From assembly GCA_030141605.1 (NCBI GenBank), contig JAQGDQ010000001.1, forward strand, positions 868,001-932,000: a DNA stretch of 64,000 nucleotides, in the 5' to 3' direction. This DNA is from Tubiluchus corallicola. Its lineage: Eukaryota > Animalia > Priapulida. The notes beneath the pieces were generated by a model. It ran no database searches and had not been told where the DNA came from. It worked only from the letters and a program-made list of their open reading frames with translations. This document shows positions 1 to 13,219 of the stretch, piece after piece. Made by a program: the position numbers and the translations under genes. Position 1 is the first letter of the stretch, and each line of letters begins with the position of its first letter.

Positions 1-59
1 GAGTCATATGTACAAAACGTACTTGTCAGACATATACGTTTGGTGAGGCCTTACTATAC

Positions 60-3000
60 CTGTGCAATATCTGTAGCCAGAGACAAGTTAAAGTCCTTGT
101 CCAACTTTATGCTTTCATTTTCAATTATATCCTAAAACAAGCATAGACATCCTACAGTAAAATATTATTATAAATCCTCCATTAGTGACAACCAAGCCAT
201 AGTGGCCATACATATTGAGTCCAATCCACCGTATCCCACTTTCCATTTTTTACAAAAACAAAAAATCTACCTGCTTTTAAAAATGGCTTCCATTGCGGAA
301 AAACTGCAATCGCTCCCATTTGTCCTCTCAATTTCATTTAATCGCTTCTAAAATATCACATTCTGTTGGCTTAATGAGCAAACTAAAATACATGATTTCC
401 TAATCGACTTTGCTAATTCTGTATCATTCATAATGTCGTGTATGTCCTAATGTCAGCTAGTGAACAGGGGTCAGTCTATAAATTGGGATAACAACAAAAT
501 GTTTAGCTCCATAAAAGAGCGATTAGAATAGTAGGAATTGCTCAATACCTCAGTCATACTGAATTTATTTTCCGTCAATTTAAAGTGCTGAAGAAAAATT
601 ACATAAGGAAGCTTGAACATTTACTTGCTGTCCCAAAACTTAAATTTTATTTTAAATGTCGTAACCACTTATTACCTGCTTATTTCATGTCTTTAATGTG
701 AGGAACTAATTACCAAGATTGCACTACAAGAGCTAGAGAAATTATATGTCCACCTTAAATTACATTTAATATTTTCAAATCGTACTTTGTCCTATATCAT
801 CTTTTTCTTTAGTTAATAATAATCATCTGAGTAACGTAACTGATAAAGTTCATACTCATGGTTATAAATGCTTCACCATGCATTATAAATTGTTTTTCCA
901 TAATGCTTATTTTGATATTGTATACTTGATAGTTATTGCGTAGGCGCATTGCGCACTTTATTATAATCGTCGTTAATTAAGTTGCTTTATAATTATTTCA
1001 CATCTGGTTATCCACGTTTATATTTTAATCATCGATTAAATCCTATAGTGTAATATACTAATAACTAACATCCTGTATGATAAATAATTCACTAATCATC
1101 ACTTATTGTTTGTCCCTACTTGTCATCATCGATGAAACTACAAGTACATTTTGCATGCTATATATGTTAACGGTCTGGGTGTTAACGCCCGTACGTTTTA
1201 CTGCGTTTTTGAAATGTATGGCTCTCCCAGCCCACATCTGTTTGTAAATTACAAACGTAATTACATGTATGCTGTTTTAAAATTGTGATGTGTGTTGAAC
1301 AAAAAATAAAAATTAAACGGTTAAAAGTTTCCATTTTTAAAATACAGTATAATTTGAAATTGCAAATATAATTATAATTGCGCTGCAACCCGCCCACTAT
1401 TGCGGTCAATTATTAAGCATTTCTGAGCCATTAATAGTTTTGAGACTGCCTGTAAGATATGCTACATCCCTGTATGCTCACGCATGTCTAGTAATTTTTC
1501 TCAGTCCTAGATGTTACACTGGCCAAGCACAATCTCACAGAGGCTCTTTGTGACGCTTTTCATAGGCCGCTGACACAGGTTAATTATTGTCATTTCACCT
1601 GTCTCTTGGACTAATGCATTACTTGTGTTAGTGTTAACATTACAAAGCTAATGTTTATGTTAAAAATTCTGCCGCTCCCCCACCAATGTCTGCAATAGTC
1701 GCATAGGATACTTGACGAAGCTCGCAATAGACCTTGAACACTTGTTTCATTCTATTGACCATTCCGCAAGGATCATTTGTAAAGCTAGAGAATAAGTGCG
1801 CGAACGACTGAACATTCAACATTCAGTCAAATAATCCTAGCTGCATTCTGAAAGCCATGCAGAAATTTCTGGAACTTCCCATGAAAAATAATTGTTCAAC
1901 TTGCTTTTCGCCCAGTAATTTCTATAACATGCATAATGTTAGTTAATGTGACGTTTATTTCCTACAGATTTTTCCTCCCTGCACATTTGGCGCCGAATAA
2001 CAGATATGCCACAACAAATATACATGGTAAGCGTTTATCATTAACGATATAAGCATAACAATGCAATTTCACATAAAACGGGAGCCCCATAATTACATGT
2101 AACAAAATAACAAAATAATTTGTTATACCTAGGTTAATACATATCCAGGTCTTGAATTAAAATTTTGGGCAAAGCATTTCACTAATGGGGTCTTAAAAGG
2201 CTACCATTTTTCATGATGTCGGGCACAAAATTTACTGATATTAATTAGGCTTACCTGTAAGCTACCTTTACTGCAGTAAGAAGAAATTATGTAAACTGAG
2301 GGTTCTATGACAACTCCAACAAATTGATTGATGTTTTCGTGATTCATTTGTCTCATCTTGAAATGAAATAACGACAAAAATTATATGTTGATAATACCCA
2401 ACTTACCAAAAAAGATGACATTAAAATCGCAATATTTTATGCTAGTTCTCAAATGACTTTTCCCCCTAGTGACACCCGCTAATTACGCTTTTTTCATATA
2501 CAAAATATGTGGCGCATTTTATCGACAAGAAAACAGCCAGACTTATAAATTGGTTTCTTTCTTTATTGCATCCGCATTTAATAAAACAATTGAAGTTCTT
2601 TATAAACTATAAGCAGCAAATTTGTTATATTTTATTATTAAACAATGGTTTTTGGAATACACAGTCTTCCGGTCATGAATTTCTGCACGCTAGCTGCCTT
2701 ATCTAAAACTAAACGAGTGACAAATTTTTAATACCGATGGTTTTACTTTGCACGGAACATTATAACGCTTATGGCTGTTTCACAGTTCTGAAAAATTTAT
2801 TACTCAACTGCATGCATGTTTACAATTATGTCCTTTCATCGATTCACACAGCCTTTGAACTCACGTATAAACGTAATTTATAGCAAGCTTGCTCAATATT
2901 GTTGCTTTGTTCAAAAATAGAAATGATAGAACATTGACAAAATATACAGTGCCTTACAAATAGATGTGTACAGCACGAAACACTTCCCGGGCGACGTTTA

Positions 3001-6000
3001 TTTTTATACAGTTCGGCGTCCTGCAAGCCAAAAACTCGGCACTTAATGCAGGGCTACTGCTCTATAACGAATCACCGATCCACTTCATAATCAGCCATGT
3101 GCTGCTTAACTTTTATAGTGAAACGTACACGTGACCATTTATAAGTACTCCACTTGCTAGTCTAATGATAATCATATTTATGTTGAAAATGTATCAACAT
3201 CGCATTCTTCACACTTGCCTCAGACATTTCCTTTAGCGTTATTCTGTCCAAATTCACGTGTTGCTTGTTAATTTTCTTCAATGCAATTTGTCTCCCCTAT
3301 AAAATGTGAAACGATTTTTATATAAATATCATGTATATCTTTGTACGCATAATGAATAAGCACCCATACTGCATTTTCAATAGATAACTACTGCAAAAAC
3401 CTTACTGCACTGTGCTTCACTGTGAGTGGAATCTTTTTCTTGGAGCTACTGTAATGGGTTTCTTGCAAAACACGTTGGCCTATTTGAAATCGCCATCATT
3501 ACAAATCCTAATTAAATAAGTTTTACTTAAAATTTATTTAAAGAAAACCTTTCGCTTCACTTAATGGTCGGCAGGAAGTTAAGATTTGCGTGCGTAGCAA
3601 ACATTATGGCTGTTTGGTGAGGTGGCAGTTCAGCTCAATGAATAGACAGAGCAATTGAGTGACAGTTGGACAGTCTCTACAAATTGAATAAATAGCCAAT
3701 TACTGTCGACCGATATTTTTAAAAATTTTATTGGCTGATGCCCAACATATTTTACTTTTTTGCGAGTTAATAAAAAATACATGTTAATAACCGGTTAAAA
3801 ACAAATTTTAAGTTGGCTGCTAATTTTTTAACAAGATAGTAAACCTTTGTTGGGCTCATCACATTAAATACACAGTTTCTTGCGTAGGTTCCTGGCGGTG
3901 TAGTTGCCGTAACCACTTAGCTATGGCTTTTGCACAGTCAGTTACTCCCAAAAATGATAAAAAAGGTTACCCTGTAATATCCAACAATCGTGAAAAGCTG
4001 GCTAAAAATGTTTGTGTTTCCCGACAGCAGGTCCTTTCCACTGCTTTTATCTGTCAGGCCGCTTTGAAGACTTGAGCGTGATTTGTTTATGATCTGTGAA
4101 ATTTACGAAACTAGTAGTTTGCATTTAATTATAGTGACGTAATGCAAATGCAATTCACTTATATTCGATAAACTAATTAGTTATATTCGGCAAAATTATT
4201 GGCTACATATTATACGATCGCAGTTAGGCTTAAAATGCGCATCCGCCCTCCGAGACGAATAGCCGGTGAAACCACGCAGGAACTGTCACTCATCTAGTTA
4301 CTGACAAGGCTCGGCGTCGCTCATGTTCAGTTGCGTGTTGTGACAATTAGAAGTTTTTCTTTGTGTGATGTACCAGATACCGATACAATCGGAGTACGTT
4401 TCTCTTATATTCGCGTACTCTTTTCCTTTGTAGTATTAAATACAACAGTGTCTCATTTACACAATTTACTCGTCAAAAAAGTGGCATTTTAAAAATGTTC
4501 CTAAAGTATTTTTACCAGTGCAGCTCTGAAAACTTACACTTTTGCTTGAAGAGGTGAAAGTAATTTCGTCATAAGATATGCGCCATAGTTCAACCTGGTT
4601 TAGATCTCTTTCAGACTTGACTTTCCTAAAACATAAAATTACAAAATGTATTCAAATTTAATTACAGCGCCTATGTAAAATCTTTATACACCAGAGATTT
4701 CGAAATACTTTAGGAAGACATTAAGTAGTTAAAAATATTAGTCAGAGCGCACCTGTAACAAAAGAACGAAGCAATTGCTAATACAAGCATCAAGATTCCA
4801 GATATACCCAGACCGATAACCATTCCAATGTCTGAATACAAAACATCAAACATGAATTAGTGATAAACCGGTCAAAAACCGCAAATAAATTGTGTCCATA
4901 TACAATTAGTACGATTGTCTTCTAGCAAACCCAAATAATTTGAAATGGCAAGATGGCGAAATACAAAAATATGGTGCCAGGCGTTTTCGATACCTGGGTT
5001 TTCAACACAGGCTATTTCGACACATAGAACATTTGGACACAAGGACATTTGGTCACGTAGGACAGTTGGACATATGGGACATTTGGCACATAAGTCATTT
5101 GGACATAAGGTAATTTTGGCACGTATGACATTTCAACACAATGACATTTGGACACATGGGGCATTTCGACACAAGGACATTTGGACACATAAGGCATTCG
5201 AACACATAGGACTTTCAACATAAGGACAATTAGACACAAAGGACATTTGGACACATAGGTAATTTTGTTGTTATTTGATCTCATCCTGGTGCGTAATGGG
5301 TCATAATTCGCTTGGTTGTTTCGGCAGATTGCAACGTGAGTTGCTACTAGCCGATATTTAAAATTTATAAGAAATTCAAATTTGGTTTGCCGCTGAGTTC
5401 TGGTTTCCTGCTTGCAGAGTAGTGAGTTCTGTAAAAATGTTTGCTTGAGCAGAAACACAGAGAGCACTTATAATGTTAGTTATACTGTACGTTGTCAAAA
5501 CAAAATCTGTCTAAATATCCTGTGTCGGAGATACCTAGTGCTCAAATGACCTATGTGTCCAAAACTTCTAGTGAAAAGAGCTTACACGTGTAATTATAGC
5601 GTACACATTCATGTAATTATGTGTCCAACTGTTCTTGTGCCCAAAGTGTCGAAATGTCTGCCCAATATGTCCTTGTGTCGGAATGTTCTATATGTCCACA
5701 AATGTCCTATGTGACCAAATGACCTATGTGTTGAAATAGTCTTGTGTCAAAAGTGCCATGTGTCTAAATGACCTTTGTGTCCAAATGGTCTTGCGGCGAA
5801 ATATCCTATGTCGAAATGTCTGCAGACCGAAAAGATTCAAAGTTTTCTAAAATTTACATTGGTGGTGAAAAGTACTAAGCAGACAAATACACGGCTTTAA
5901 TCGTTTGGCGATACGTTTGTAAATTTGTTGAGCATTTTTATATACTCATTTTAGAACGAGCAAAGTGAATTACAGAGTATGTGTATATATGTGTCGCGTC

Positions 6001-9000
6001 AAAGTACACTGTGCTATTTTATTAACGATGATTTAAATTATTATGAACAATAGTTAAGCACATTATTTACACCTTTTACTCCAAATTTCAATATGACTCG
6101 TGGACAATTATTAGACAAATTTAGTGATACATATGTTCTGTTTTACCTGCGGGTTCGGCACATAGTTCGTTCTCCCATCCACAGTCAGGATGATCACGTG
6201 GTGGTTCCGACGAGCCTCCAGGGAATATCACCTAAATTTAATTTTTTAATTATAAATTTGCAACTATGTAGTGTATAGTTAAGCGTTTGATTTACAGAGC
6301 AAATGAATACTTGGATCCGAATTCCAAGCGCGGCACTAGAAATTTATTTTGCTAGGGTTTATTAGATATTTAAACAATACCATTTGAAGTTACTGGTAAT
6401 TGGCTTCAATGTGAATAAAAGGATGTTAAATATTATCTAATCTTTCAAAAACAAACAAACAAACAAACAAATATACGAACACGCAAACAAAGAAACAGAC
6501 AGATTGACAGACAGACGGACAATTTGTTTGTCTACTAAACCAATGAGTCTATCGAGTGTTCTTAAAATAACCTAAAACAAATACTATAAAAATACCACAA
6601 AGTCTTCTTTAAACTGAAGGCTATGGTTTTCTTTGCTGTAATGCGCAAAATCATGAAAATCGTCATTAGTGAAATCCTGTAGAACGTAATCAGGATATCG
6701 ATTCCCCCAATCATCTATGTTCACATTTCCTGATTCACCTGTGAACAGTTACAGATAGTTAGTATTGATCACTGAATTCCATCTAAGTAATGATGACGAG
6801 CAAGATCATAAAAATATGAACATACGATAACGACACTTGATATACATTATCGCCGCAGTGCTTGGCAGGTCCCTGCATTATTGGTATAACTGAGTGGGTT
6901 TATTATTAGCCGATATTCCTTGCGGTTGGGTAGCGTGTAGGAGAACAGCATGAGAATTGAAGGCATAAGAATAACTTCCTGACTTTTTATGTTAAATGTG
7001 ACAAGGGTGTGTCAGCTCTGGTTGGACGTGGCGCAAAATTTAGAAGCTACATTAAATGAAAAAGAGATAATAAGATTCTGAATTTTATTATAAGCAGAAG
7101 AAGAGTAGAGTAGAAAGGGTTTACAGATATGTAGGCTCCAGACAATTCCCAGGGTCCCAGACGTTTGGGCTGTGGATATTTGGGCCCTAGACATTTGGGT
7201 CGCAGGTTTTGGGCCCCGAATATTTGGGTCACGTGATATTTAGGTCCCAGGATATTTGGGCGCCGGAAATTTAGGTTCTGGGATATCTGAGCCCCACATG
7301 TTTGGGCCTCTGGATATTTGGCCCCGGGCATTTGGGCCTCGGGATATTTGTGCGCCGGACATTTGCATTCCAGATATTTAAGATATTTTTTGGAGTTTAA
7401 TTTGGTAAAGTTCATGGTCAAGGAAAAATTTCTGCAAAAGATTTTCTGGCAATAACACTAAGGCTAAGTACACAATCTGGTAAGTTTTTTTACTTTGGAG
7501 GAAAGGGGCGATCATATTAAGGACAATTATCTAGCATACAGCTGGGTTTTTGTTTCTATTTCTACTTACTACGTGCATGTCTATACATAGGCGCATGCGT
7601 AATATGAGCAAGACATAAATGCCCAAAGTGAGTAGGAATGGCTGTGAATAGTGTGTGTTGTCAAAATTTAATATGGGTTGCAGTTGCTGTGAATTAACGT
7701 CTAACATAATGTCAATCATTTTCGTTGACTGCCCAATTAGCGTGCAAGTTATTTCACACAATCCTGCAGAAGGTACGTTCGGGACATTTAGCTACAGCTC
7801 CGGTCTAACACTGTTATGAAAAATGCTCAACTTTTCATTAGTTAGCGGGAGAAATATTGGCCTTGTTCTAGATTTTATTATTGTCAATTGGAATTGCAAG
7901 TGAATTAGTGGAAATATATAGTCTAGTTTCGTTTATCGGAAGAAATGCACAACGCTTATGTCTATGAGAGGCTGATTAAAACATTTTGCTATCAATAAAG
8001 TAGCAAATAATTATTAGCAAATTTTACGCTATTTTTCTGGTTATAATCAAGGTTAAAAGATACCATTGGGACTTATGTGACTCGGGCATTCAATATAAGG
8101 TCGTCTATGGAATGGGACTGTCAAATTTATTCCATTTCCGCACCTTGACAGACGGAAAAATACAAAACCTTAATAAATCTTGCAGACGAGCACATGATCA
8201 GTTAATATAGAAAAAATATATCACAGGCTTGATATTCGTATGTTTAAAGGCAAGAGAGACTTAATATTTTTGTTGCTCATTTATTGTAAAGCAATGCTAA
8301 CTGGTTTAGTTTCTTTATTATATTTATGTCTCTACATTTTGTAGTGCTTTGAAACTTCGTCTCTACTTTCTGTTTAAATTAAAAAGTCATTTTTGGCTAC
8401 TTGAAGTTTTAATTCCGTGTAAAAATAGCTGCTGCTCTGCAAATTTATGTTTATGAATTAAGTGCAATACGTTTATCTGCTGATTAGACATTAATTGTGA
8501 CTGTCATGTTGTTTAGTTTAGTTTTGTTTAGTTGAGATAGACGTTACTGCGGAGGCGGAGCGATAGACTAATATGTTTGACGTCAACAGTGCGTGTTGCA
8601 AACATTTAATATTTGCAGTGCACACGTTAGTATTGCATGCGCACGTGCATGATACGCGCGGAATTGCATAAAAATTATACTTACCGTAAAACTGTCGGCC
8701 GAACATTTGACGAGCGATTCCTTGTCCATCAAACAGATTAGCTTCTGAAGAGTTTGTTGAATTGTTTAAATGATCATTTAGCGCCAAGGCATACAAAATT
8801 ATGGCGTCGTGAAGTAAAGCAGCATGTGACCCAACCTTCAGATAAAATATTGTATTGATTGAAAATACAGAAGGTAAATAAAATACTGGTAGGAATTAGG
8901 ACTAATAGCTCATATTCAGTAAATCACATGGACGGTTGAAATAACTGTTTTTTAATTATTCGTTTAATATATACTATAGGAACTATCAGCATAGACTCCG

Positions 9001-12000
9001 TCAAGCCTGTAACCGCTCACTTCTAAGACTGCTAGGTACCCTTCGAACAACTGCTGGTTTCTGGTGTTATAGGCTTAATTAATTTCATTTACATAATTGA
9101 TTATTGAAAAATGAACTAAACGAAATACTACATGAATTAAATTTATTACAAATGTCATGTTCAATGAAATAACCACAATAAATGCCTTAGTTTAGACGAT
9201 TAAGTTATGTATTGTTAGTATTTTCATATTAATCGATCGACCTCTGTTCCGTAAAGTACCACGCTTATCATTAACGTTAAAAGATAGGACACGAAGAAAT
9301 GTTGTTTTTATACTCATTACGTTGTAACGTGTTAAATCATAGGGATAGAATAAAGACTATCCCGTTTCGAGGATGAAACCAACAAACAAAAATAGTTTTT
9401 AATGGATTATTAACAAAACAATTATCACTGAAAATTTTATGAACTACTTACAACAAAATAGATGAAATTAATTTCTGCGTAGAACACTAAGATCGTTAAC
9501 GTCACAGGCAGAAGTATTATAACACATTACATGTAGTAACTGATAGTATGATTATCGCAGCACGCAAATAGTGAACATGGTGCAAAAAGTAGTTATGAAA
9601 TGTACGCACATTCAAATATTAAACCACAAACTTCACACAATAAAAACACTTTTCACGTACCAACTTATCAATCTGCACTAATTGACTTCTATATATCACT
9701 TCTTGATGTTCGCTTTTGATTTAGCAAACGCTTTTGACACTGTTGTTCGTAAAAGATTTCTAGCAAAAGTTGCGCATTACGGAATTTGAGGTTCGCTGCA
9801 TTCTTGGACAAGACTCTTCTTGACTGAAGTGACGCAGAATTTTGTTCTGCATGGAGCCTGTTCCGAACCTGCTGATTAATTTCTGGAGTTCCGCAAGTTA
9901 CAGTATTGGGACCACTATTATTTTTGGTATTCATAAATGTAAAAGTCCCATCTTCAGCTAGGTTTTATGCTGACGACTGTGTTACGTATCAGCCTATCAA
10001 ATCTTATGATAACTGTGCTAATGTAATTTATGTTAGACTCTCTGGATGGCCAAGCTTAGTGCAGCGACGTGCGTGGATGGTTTGTGGATGTTCAGCGAAT
10101 CTTATAGGCCTATAAGTATGTAGATATTAAAAGTGATATATTATCGGGCAGAGCTATTAAGGGAGGCCGAAATTCACATCAGTACAAACTTCAATGCTAC
10201 CAGTGCAATGAAGATTGCCTTATTGTTCATTTGGACCACGTTCAGTCATCCAGTGAAAAAACCTAGCTTCATAATTTGAGCAAATCTCGTACACAGTGAA
10301 GTTTAGAACAACATTACAAAAGTTTGACTTGACGTTGGACAGGAATCTTATATATGTATACTAGATTAATTCGTTGTGTTATTTCTTTGCCACGCATGCG
10401 CGCTGCAGTAATATTCCTAAAGGGATGCTACAGTATCTACATTCAGATTCAGATGCAGATTTTATAGAATTACAGAAAGTTCGATAGAAAGGTGCTGTGG
10501 TATACAGATTTTTCCAGACACTTATCATTAAGGCAAATTAGGTAGTTGCCTGGGCGCCAAATTTTAGTGCACGCCAAATTGTGGAAGTAATTCTTTATTT
10601 TTAAAGTTTGGCCTAAGCAATAATATAGTCTGAGTGTAATTCTTTAAGTGCGCAACATTAATTAAATGAAACTAGCTAGCTGCATTATTTTCCTGTCAAA
10701 ATGTTTGAGTCATGAATGCTAGGAAGTGTCTTCCGTAACAAAACGCTTTCCATTTTTGCTTTATCTGGTTTACTGAGATTACTTAATTTTACGTAGACAT
10801 TACAGACTGGAGTTTCTATTGTGTGCGTAGAGCAGCAGAATTATGTAAGTCCTTATAGTGATGTCCTTATAGTAAGTCCTTATAGTAACCGTTAATAAAC
10901 TCTTCCAAAAGCATATACCCAGTTATGAAAGATAAACCAATAAGAATAGAAATCTTCAGGAGCGGAACACAACAAACGAAAAGTAAAAAAAGCTGGCGAA
11001 TGGCAGCAATGAACTGCAAAAAGATGAACACCAATGAAGCATTTGCAACCAGACCAGAGTTATGGTTGTAAAGATGATGAAACTCATGAAATGGATGTAA
11101 ATGGAATTAATTTAGAGCAAGACCGGACCCAATCTTAAACTGTAGGTTAAAACAATCTACTCTTTAAAATATTGAAAGGAAACATAATATTTTTTTCCAA
11201 AAACGACTTACGTGAAAGAATTATTAGCACACAAACACAATTTCGCATTCCCGCCACTAGTTCTTCGCTGTTACATGCAATTCGCCATTCGCTAGTTAGA
11301 CGGGCACTAGCGCCTGCATTTCGAAAACGGATTGCCAAACAGGTGTTGCACCACTCAGTTCAGATGTGTTAGTTTCTGACGAACTACACACGTTCGACAG
11401 CTCATGCACAGGGGTAAATTTGGAATTTGAAATTTTATCTTAAAACTTGCCTAGTTTTAGTTTAACACACTGAATATCTTACAGTAGCACTATACTTCAA
11501 TTTTCGTTTTCGCAAACACGCGCAGTACGCTCATGGAACATTTTTGCCATTGAAAATTATGTTAGTTTGTGATGTCATCAATAGTTGGGCTCGCCCGCCG
11601 TCAGTTAAGTTTTTAATCTATAATTTAATTGTCAGAAACGCTTTTGCAGGGTTGTGTTAAAATGTATATTTTTATTTTTATCGGATTTGAAAATGGGGTG
11701 GTATATGAAAAATAATCCTGTCTCCCTTAAGAATTAAAGCCCTTTTTTCAAACCGTATCGAACATCTGCCTTAGTAGTCTACAGGAATACGCAGCATGCA
11801 AGTTCCTCCTCCATCATTAAAACTTTGGTAGATTTCGTGTACTATAGAAAGAAAGTGTTTTAACGCTAAAACCTGAATTTTTTCAGTTAAAATTGTCTTG
11901 TGCAGACAAATACTTCTACAGTTCATTGTACACAATTCGCTTGAGAATATTTGAAGCGCATAACAAAGGCGATATGGGCCTGTAATTAGAAAGGATTTGT

Positions 12001-13131
12001 CTTTCTCAGAATTTATTTGCAGGACTAAACGTTTGCGAGCTTCCACATTACTAGAAGTGGGAGTTAATTGATTCTGAACAATAAATTTATATTGTTTTTA
12101 ATCCATTGTGTTCTCACCTCACTAGGGATTTACTTCATAAGCATTTTTATATATATCTTGTACATTTTAATGTATTTGTTTATAAACATGCATTCGTTTA
12201 TTACTTTGTACAGTTGCTTTTTTGTGTTTCATCAATTTCACCGTTCGTCTCTTTTCTTTCTCCACGTTCGCAACAAAAATTGTTTCTATAATAAATGCCA
12301 TTTCCGCAAATTTAAATGAACCGGGCGCTTTTACTTATCTATCTCACGTGCTTTATCCTTTAAACGACAATTTCATCGAAAATCGCTGACTCTTTGCATG
12401 TGGTACAAGCGAGCGCATACTGGTACTAGTGGTATCCTTCATTTGGTTAACTAACAGGATTGCCCTACAACAATAGTACTAACAATAAAAACGACCTTCG
12501 TTTAGATCACGTTTTTACTCATCACGAGTACTTTTCGCTATTAATAAAGATTGAGCTCTTTTCAGTTCTTTGTCACGTAAATGTTGGCAAAGCTAAATGC
12601 ACTGAAATGGCCCAACGCCTACGCAAGAGAAGTTTGCTACAGTTCCAATTATAACCCTTGAGTTTGTTCAGCAGGCTGGTAGTAAAAAATGGCAAAATGG
12701 GTCTTCTCGGGTCATTTACTTATTCATTCGTTCATTCATTAAGTTATTCACTCATTTATTTGGTCATTTATTCATTCAGTCATTGGGTCATTTTTCATGT
12801 GTGGGTGCATTAGTTTCTCCACTGATTAGCTTTACAAAAACCATTTACTAACGCTTACTTGCTGACTTTTTAGAATATTGTGCTTAAAAGGTTCTTGGCG
12901 CATTTTTTTCCTGATATTGCGTTTGAAGGTCTCGTATTCTTTGGTGTGAGGTGCACTAACATGTATATTCAATAACCCGTTAAATGCATCGTGTGCTTCC
13001 CTATCCCGTCCATCGTCTCCCATCCACGTGGAGTCACCCTTGTATGCAGCTGAAATAATAAGGCAAGATAAAAAGAAGTTAGTTATTCTGATAGCGAGTG
13101 TGAGAAAAGAGAGGGAAAAGGAGATAGAGAT

Positions 13132-13219
<88 letters not shown>

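Noticed and set aside
1968-2026. Plus-strand exon-like segment (cctacag|...|gtaagc) antisense to the cyclase
   Set aside because: No partner exons or recognisable peptide; could arise by chance.
4945-5467. ORFs of 92 and 151 aa with periodic His/Cys residues, and a CRISPR-like look of the repeats
   Set aside because: They are translations of a 16-17 bp tandem minisatellite with no unique spacers and no cas genes; the DNA is eukaryotic intron.
7047-7421. 124-aa ORF with KYP/GAQ repeats
   Set aside because: Translation of the 15-16 bp minisatellite.
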